Virus record (IMG/VR): IMGVR_UViG_2867207765_000001
Span: 1 to 64,000 of that record
Strand: one strand, 5' to 3'
Length of the DNA: 64,000 bases
From: a virus
Taxonomy: Duplodnaviria > Caudoviricetes
This document shows positions 56,515-64,000 of this stretch, piece by piece. A model generated the notes under the pieces. The model was given only the letters and a program-made list of their open reading frames with translations, was not told where the DNA came from and did no database searches. The position numbers were made by a program, and so were the translations under genes. Within the stretch, counting starts at the first letter, position 1, and every line of letters starts with the position of its first letter.

Positions 56515-57491
56515 TCGTCCCCGCCCGCGTCTGGAGCTGCGGTGATCTCGTCGCGGTACAGCCGCTGCGTGGTGGCGATGTCGGGCCCTGCGGTCAGGGC
56601 TGCGAGGGCACGCTTCTTCGCGAGGGAGTCGTTCGGGTACAGGAGCTTGTACTCGGTGAGGAGCTCGTCGAGGGTGGACACCTGCGACTTCGCGAACACC
56701 CGCCGCACCTTCGGGCCGACCTTCGGGTCGCCGATCTGACGCCGGACCGCTTCCTCGGCGCGGGCACGGATACCGACGGTGAAAAAATGCATCGGGTCGA
56801 CACGGTCGAAACGGTGCGGGTCGAGCGCGGTGTCGATCATCCGCTGGATGACGGAGGTGCCGTTCTGCCCGAACAGCATCGTGGATGCGAGGTCCTCGAG
56901 CGTGATCTCATCGACGACGCCGGCGAGGGGGATGCCCTTGTGCTGGGCGATTTCCGCGGCGACGATGTTGTTCGCTGCGTGCAGGCGCTGCTTCGTGAAG
57001 TACTCGAATCCGCTCATCAGCTCCCAACGGGCGGTCTCCCCGGTGCGGACGATGCGTCGCAGCTCCCGGTCACGCTGCGCAGCGCTCAGCGAGGACCGCA
57101 CGACGACCGGCACCTGCAACGTGTCGTTGAGGTTCGCTGCGGTGGTGACCCGCAGTGGGGTGAACGGCACCTTCGCGGTCCCGTCGCTGTGGTTCCCGAG
57201 CCCGGTCAGCGTCCACGGCACGGTGGCGTCCTCCGCCATCAGGAGAACGGGGCCGTCCGGGTACGACAGCCGCGACGGCATCGTCTGCTTCACCCCGTCG
57301 ACGACGCCCTTCCGGCCGACGTCGATTTGCGGGAGCACCCACACCCAGGACGGGAGCACAGCGATGACGCCAGGCACGAACGGGATGTTCTCGGCGCTCT
57401 TGATGAGCGCTTCGGCGTGGCGGCCCGCGATGATGCTGCCGAGGTTGTCGCACAGCTGCGCGAGGCGGGGGAGGTGAGGTTCTTCGTTCAT
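56511..57491 (-). CDS. Hypothetical protein in transcription-factor operon
   Basis: Translationally coupled between whiB and mIHF-like gene. Confidence 0.7.
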   Translation of the reverse strand: MNEEPHLPRLAQLCDNLGSIIAGRHAEALIKSAENIPFVPGVIAVLPSWVWVLPQIDVGRKGVVDGVKQTMPSRLSYPDGPVLLMAEDATVPWTLTGLGNHSDGTAKVPFTPLRVTTAANLNDTLQVPVVVRSSLSAAQRDRELRRIVRTGETARWELMSGFEYFTKQRLHAANNIVAAEIAQHKGIPLAGVVDEITLEDLASTMLFGQNGTSVIQRMIDTALDPHRFDRVDPMHFFTVGIRARAEEAVRRQIGDPKVGPKVRRVFAKSQVSTLDELLTEYKLLYPNDSLAKKRALAALTAGPDIATTQRLYRDEITAAPDAGGDE

Positions 57492-57864
57492 CACTGCGAG
57501 TGGTGCTTCCGGTCGGCAGGGTGGGCGAGTTCGGCCAGCGGGTCGGCGCTGGTGCGCGCCGCCCGTCGGTCTATGCGGGCGTACCGGGCGAAGCGGGAAG
57601 CGTCGGGTTCCGGGGCGAACGCCTGCGTTGACGCCGCTCGAGCGAAGCCGGGGAGCTCGGCGAGTTCCGCGGCGGTGTGACCGCCGTGCACGCCGAACTG
57701 CTCCCCGTTGCCGAGGGCGTACGCGAGGCACTGCTCCCGGACGGTGCAGACGGTGTTGCAGATCTCCTTCGCGACGTCCTCCGACGCCGTCTCGAACCAC
57801 ATGTCAGGGTCGAACCGGCATTCCGCCTGCTCGCGCCAGTCCCGGTCGTTGGCGGTCCCGGCGG

Positions 57865-57868
<4 letters not shown>
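57491..57868 (-). CDS. whiB: WhiB-family transcription factor
   Basis: W..QA.C, DP..WF, AK.IC..C.VR.QCL.YAL, FGVHGG. Confidence 0.9.
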
Positions 57869-60210
<2,342 letters not shown>

Positions 60211-60229
60211 GCCCCACCTATGCGAACCG

Positions 60230-60579
60230 GCTGGTATCGGGCGCAGGAACGGCGCACACCTACCGAGGAGGGCAGAAGCAAGTCAGATGGCTTGCCGTGC
60301 TCACCCCGCTTACCCGAAGGTCAAGTCAGCCAGAACCCAGTAGTTCAGCGGGCAGGAGACCCCATGGCCCCCTACTTACTTACCTACTTACTTCTGTAGA
60401 TAGCTCTAAGAAGAAGAAGAAAGGGTACTTCCGGGGGTACATACACTCCATCTCCCTCTCTATACCTCTACCCTCCAGACGTAAGCAGCAAGCCTGGAAC
60501 CAAAAAACCCAGGTCGGGGCTTGTTTGCTGGCTTTTTGGGGTGGAGGCCGCGGGGAGCGCGGCTGCCGAAACCGGTCCT
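60230..60579. other. Putative replication origin / divergent promoter region
   Basis: Most conspicuous AT-rich tract in the window; TACTTACTTACCTACTTACTT, (AAG)n, CAAGTCAG x2; directly upstream of primase-helicase. Confidence 0.5.
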
Positions 60580-60593
60580 GCATAGGGGTTGGC

Positions 60594-63500
60594 ATGACCG
60601 ATCCGCAGACCAGCGACCTCGACTACCAGGCAGGCCTCCACAGCCTGCACTCCACCCTCGGCGACACCGTGCTCCGCAACCGGACGCCGTGGACCGCCTC
60701 CGACTATGCGCCGTCGATCACCGGACAGGGCGCGAAGAAGCTCGCCGCGTCCGGCATCGCCCCGCTCGTCGCCATCGCCCGCGGCTACGAGACTGTCGAC
60801 CAGGCGAACGCGAAGGACTTCGCCGAGCGGCACAGCCTCGGCGACGGACGCAGCAAGCGCGGCAGCCAGTTCCGTTCCCTGTTCCACGAGGACAACAACG
60901 TCCTGTACATGCCGTGGAACCCCGTGTCCCGGACGAAGCAGCACCGCGACCTCCTCGCCCCAGAGCTCAGCCCCGTCGTCCAGCTCCGCCCGGCGATGCC
61001 CCGGTACGTGGAGAACAAGCCCCTGAAGTACGAGTTCCTCACCGGCACGGGCACCGTCCTCGACTTCCACCCGTCAGTCACCGCGGACTGGGTCGGCACG
61101 GTCGGCACGTACCTCATCGCGGAGGGCATGCTCAAGGGCGACGCCGCGCTCACCGCCCAGCTGCGCAAGCACGTCCCCGACGCGCTCCTCTTCATCGGCC
61201 CGATGGACATGTCCCGCGAAGCGGCGATGAAGCGTCTCGCCATGCTGCTCGACAGCGTCCCGGTCGAGCAGCGCGTCGCCATCGTCAACATCGCCGGCGT
61301 CGGCAACTGGCGGAACAACCCCGAGTGGGTGTCACTGCGGTTCAAGGAGCGCAAGGTCCTCGTCGCGTTCGACGGCGACATCGCCAGCAACTACAACGTG
61401 TGGAAGCAGGGCAAGGACCTCTTCGGCTACATCGAGACGTCCAAGGGCGGCGAGCCGGTGCTCCTGGACCTGTCCCTCGCCGCCGGAGGCGAGGAAGCGA
61501 TCGAGGACGACTCCCACCTCGGCATCGACGACTACCTCGCCAAGGTCGGCGACTGGGACGACCTGATGAGCGCCGAGCAGACGGAGTTCCCGGACATGCC
61601 CGACGTGAAGGAGTCCACCCGCGACGGCGAGTGGCAGGTCCGCAACGGCGGCACCACCGTGGACCTGTACACGCAGGACAAGGACCCCAGCGGCAACGAC
61701 CTCGGCACCGGACGGTGGATCACCAAGTACCACCTCGGCGGCCGGGTCACCTTCTTCGAGACCCGACGCGCACCCTCCGAGGCGGAGCAGGAAGGCCAGC
61801 CGTTCAAGACCGGTGTGAAGGACGAGCACTACCCCTCGTTCTGCGCCGTCGAGATCGGATGGAAGGACGAGGCGACCAACGAGCGCACGTTCGTCGAGGT
61901 CACCGGACCGAACACCCTGCTGAACTACCAGCCGGTTGACTGGGTCCGACACGGCGCCGTCATCCCGAACGCACTCCTGGCCCACCCGGAGTGGCCGCCG
62001 GCGGACGGCCGGAACTGGCTCGCCGCGGTGAAACGGAACGAGGCGGAGAGCCAGGCGAACCGTGTCCGATGGACCGTCATGGGCTGGGTGCCCGCAGCGG
62101 AGTCGAAGACGCAGGCGTTCATCGCCGGCGACACGATCATCGCCGCCAACGACGACATCCGAGAGAGCACCCTCATCGGCGTCGACGAGAACGCGCTGGC
62201 GAAGGCCAGCCGGTTCGGTGTCCACGACGTGTACACCGGCCCGAACTACACCGACCCGACCGGCCAGTACAACCTCGCCGACGACATCCGCACCGTCGTG
62301 AGCGCGTGGATCACCAAGAGCCCGTGGCTGTCGCAGGAGATCGCGGTGACCATGCTCGCCCTCGCGCTGCGGCCCGCGGTACCGGTCCCCACGTCGGTGG
62401 CGTCGTACCTGGTCGGCCCGCCGCAGAAGGGAAAGTCGTGGTCCGCGAAGCAGATCATGACCTTCTGGCAGGCCACCCGTGGCAGCTGGACCGAGCTGCC
62501 CGGCAACGCCGGTGACACGTTCGCGTCCACCGAGAACGCCGTCGCATCCACCATGCTGTGGGTCGCCGACGACCTCGCCCCGACGCAGGACCGCCGGAAG
62601 GCGGACGCAATGGAGTCCAACATCGGTGACCTCATCCGTCAGGTGCACAACAAGCTCGGCAAGCGACGCATGAACCAGGACCTGTCCGCCAAGACGGTGC
62701 AGACCCCGCGAGCCGAGTTCATCGTCACCGCGGAGAACGAGCACTCCACGCAGTCCATCCGCGAGCGGTGCGTCATCGTCGAGTTCAAGGGCCTCAACTC
62801 GGAGCACATGGCCGAAGCGGAGCGCATCGGCACCGAGGAGACCACCGCGTCCCGCATCACCGCTGCGTACCTGCGGTGGTTCATCGCTCGTGGCGAGGAG
62901 CTCGGGTGGGCGGAGATGATCGACGAGATCAAGGACGACCGCCGCGAAGCCATCGTGAAGACCAAGGGCATCCTCGGCACGTTCGACATCAAGGTCGGAG
63001 ACGTCACCCGTCCGTCGGAGATCGTCGGCGACCTGTCCGCCGGCCTGGTGTACTTCGCGCAGTTCTGCGAGGACCTCGGGCTGACCGACATCGCCGAGCA
63101 GATCACGTGGGCGGAGGACGGCTGGCTGTACGGGCTGGCCAAGCAGGTCTCCTACGCGCACCTCGACAAGGCTGACGCTGCCCCCGGCGCGGTCCTCCTC
63201 GACGCGATCCGGTCCCTCCTGGCCGCCGGCTCGGCGCACATCCAGAACATCGACGACCCGTCGCGGCCGCCGATCGTTGACGGTGAGGACCAGAAGCAGC
63301 TCAACGTGCTCCTCGGATGGCAGGCCGACTCGCAAGGCGACTTCCGCCCGCGGGGGAAGTCCATCGGGAACATGTCGAAGCGACGGGACCCGGCAACGGG
63401 CCAGGATGTCCCGGTCATCTACCTCGCCAACCACGACGCGTTCAACGAGGCGCAGCGGCAGTACTCGAAGCGGATCCCGCACGGTGCGTCCTCGACCACG

Positions 63501-63674
63501 TACTGGAAGAACGTGTGGGACCTCGACCTCATCCACCCGCTGTTCCGGGGCCGCCGACCCGCAAAGGGCGTGACGGTCCAGTACCGGATCGGCAAGACCG
63601 ACAACCGTCCGTACGGCATCCCCGTCGGGCTGGACGCCCTGTTCCCGGAGGACGCGACCCCCGAGGAGGACTGA
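60594..63674 (+). CDS. Primase-helicase fusion (TOPRIM/DUF3854-like + P-loop helicase)
   Basis: QLRP..P, KYE, IAEGMLKGDA, VAFDGD...N.NV, GIDDYL; GPPQKGKS, VADD, TAEN, S.RER. Confidence 0.8.
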   Translation: MTDPQTSDLDYQAGLHSLHSTLGDTVLRNRTPWTASDYAPSITGQGAKKLAASGIAPLVAIARGYETVDQANAKDFAERHSLGDGRSKRGSQFRSLFHEDNNVLYMPWNPVSRTKQHRDLLAPELSPVVQLRPAMPRYVENKPLKYEFLTGTGTVLDFHPSVTADWVGTVGTYLIAEGMLKGDAALTAQLRKHVPDALLFIGPMDMSREAAMKRLAMLLDSVPVEQRVAIVNIAGVGNWRNNPEWVSLRFKERKVLVAFDGDIASNYNVWKQGKDLFGYIETSKGGEPVLLDLSLAAGGEEAIEDDSHLGIDDYLAKVGDWDDLMSAEQTEFPDMPDVKESTRDGEWQVRNGGTTVDLYTQDKDPSGNDLGTGRWITKYHLGGRVTFFETRRAPSEAEQEGQPFKTGVKDEHYPSFCAVEIGWKDEATNERTFVEVTGPNTLLNYQPVDWVRHGAVIPNALLAHPEWPPADGRNWLAAVKRNEAESQANRVRWTVMGWVPAAESKTQAFIAGDTIIAANDDIRESTLIGVDENALAKASRFGVHDVYTGPNYTDPTGQYNLADDIRTVVSAWITKSPWLSQEIAVTMLALALRPAVPVPTSVASYLVGPPQKGKSWSAKQIMTFWQATRGSWTELPGNAGDTFASTENAVASTMLWVADDLAPTQDRRKADAMESNIGDLIRQVHNKLGKRRMNQDLSAKTVQTPRAEFIVTAENEHSTQSIRERCVIVEFKGLNSEHMAEAERIGTEETTASRITAAYLRWFIARGEELGWAEMIDEIKDDRREAIVKTKGILGTFDIKVGDVTRPSEIVGDLSAGLVYFAQFCEDLGLTDIAEQITWAEDGWLYGLAKQVSYAHLDKADAAPGAVLLDAIRSLLAAGSAHIQNIDDPSRPPIVDGEDQKQLNVLLGWQADSQGDFRPRGKSIGNMSKRRDPATGQDVPVIYLANHDAFNEAQRQYSKRIPHGASSTTYWKNVWDLDLIHPLFRGRRPAKGVTVQYRIGKTDNRPYGIPVGLDALFPEDATPEED

Positions 63675-63693
63675 CACCACTCCGCACACCGCA

Positions 63694-63726
63694 CAGCGCG
63701 TCCCGTCCACCCGACGGGACGCGCTG
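63694..63726 (+). terminator. GC-rich hairpin after primase-helicase
   Basis: CAGCGCGTCCCGTC...GACGGGACGCGCTG. Confidence 0.55.
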
Positions 63727-63771
63727 CGCGGTTGCCGTTCCGCCGCATCCCCGGACGCGGAAGGGAACACG

Positions 63772-64000
63772 ATGACCAACTCGAGCAAGGACAAGGGCGA
63801 CCGCGGGGAACGTGAAGCCGTCGAAGCGTTTCAGACACTGTGCCCAGACCTGCTGGTGTGGAACGCGCAGCGGCTCCTCGGCGCCGGCCGGAAGGAGGAC
63901 GTCGGTGACCTCCTCGTCATCGACGACGTCGCCGTGCAGGTGAAAGCGTTCGCCGCGAAGTACCTCTCGAAGGGCGTCTACGAAGCGGCGAACGGCGCAG
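63772..64000 (+). CDS. Phage-type Holliday junction resolvase (PD-(D/E)XK), 3' truncated
   Basis: N.SK.KGDRGERE, GAG...D.GD, VQVK. Confidence 0.8.
   Translation, partial: MTNSSKDKGDRGEREAVEAFQTLCPDLLVWNAQRLLGAGRKEDVGDLLVIDDVAVQVKAFAAKYLSKGVYEAANGA

Noticed and set aside
57571-57580. CCCGCATAG on the minus strand inside whiB
   Set aside because: Intragenic and 80 nt from the next start; could be chance or an internal promoter, so not counted
61332-63794. Long antisense/alternate-frame ORFs (also 54221-56545, 28715-30301, 30477-32120 and ORFs across the tRNA array)
   Set aside because: Shadow ORFs expected in high-GC DNA; they overlap well-supported genes or RNAs

Overview
High-GC actinobacterial mobile replicon segment (jumbo phage or giant plasmid; Microbacteriaceae/Micrococcales-like host inferred from the tmRNA tag, WhiB, mIHF-like, DUF3039 and Rpf-like genes). 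No virion or conjugation genes are visible in the window. From left to right: an NAD-salvage module (NAMPT, NADAR, NrtR-like); a Ter/TelA cluster with a DNA methyltransferase; nucleotide kinases; Thg1; DNA ligase; RtcB; a ~16-kb minus-strand array of ~35 tRNA genes with tmRNA, several tRNA-like or large structured RNAs and RNA-repair genes; a GH6 cellulase; a transcription module (WhiB, mIHF-like, sigma-70-like); a ParA/MinD-like ATPase; a probable origin; a primase-helicase; and a resolvase. Main unexplained signals: (1) a replicon-wide promoter-like motif (CCG)CGCATAG, often 7-8 nt before start codons. (2) A second variant, G(C/A)CACA(T/G)-N7-start, found in front of exactly the eight genes whose products share an N-terminal 'R..G.F......V.L' leader peptide. 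(3) Two tnpB-only elements bounded by TG...CA inverted repeats and 5-bp target-site duplications, which is not expected for IS605/IS607. (4) Candidate Ms1-like and GOLLD-like RNAs and a long-variable-arm tRNA-His. All family calls are by eye; no searches were run.
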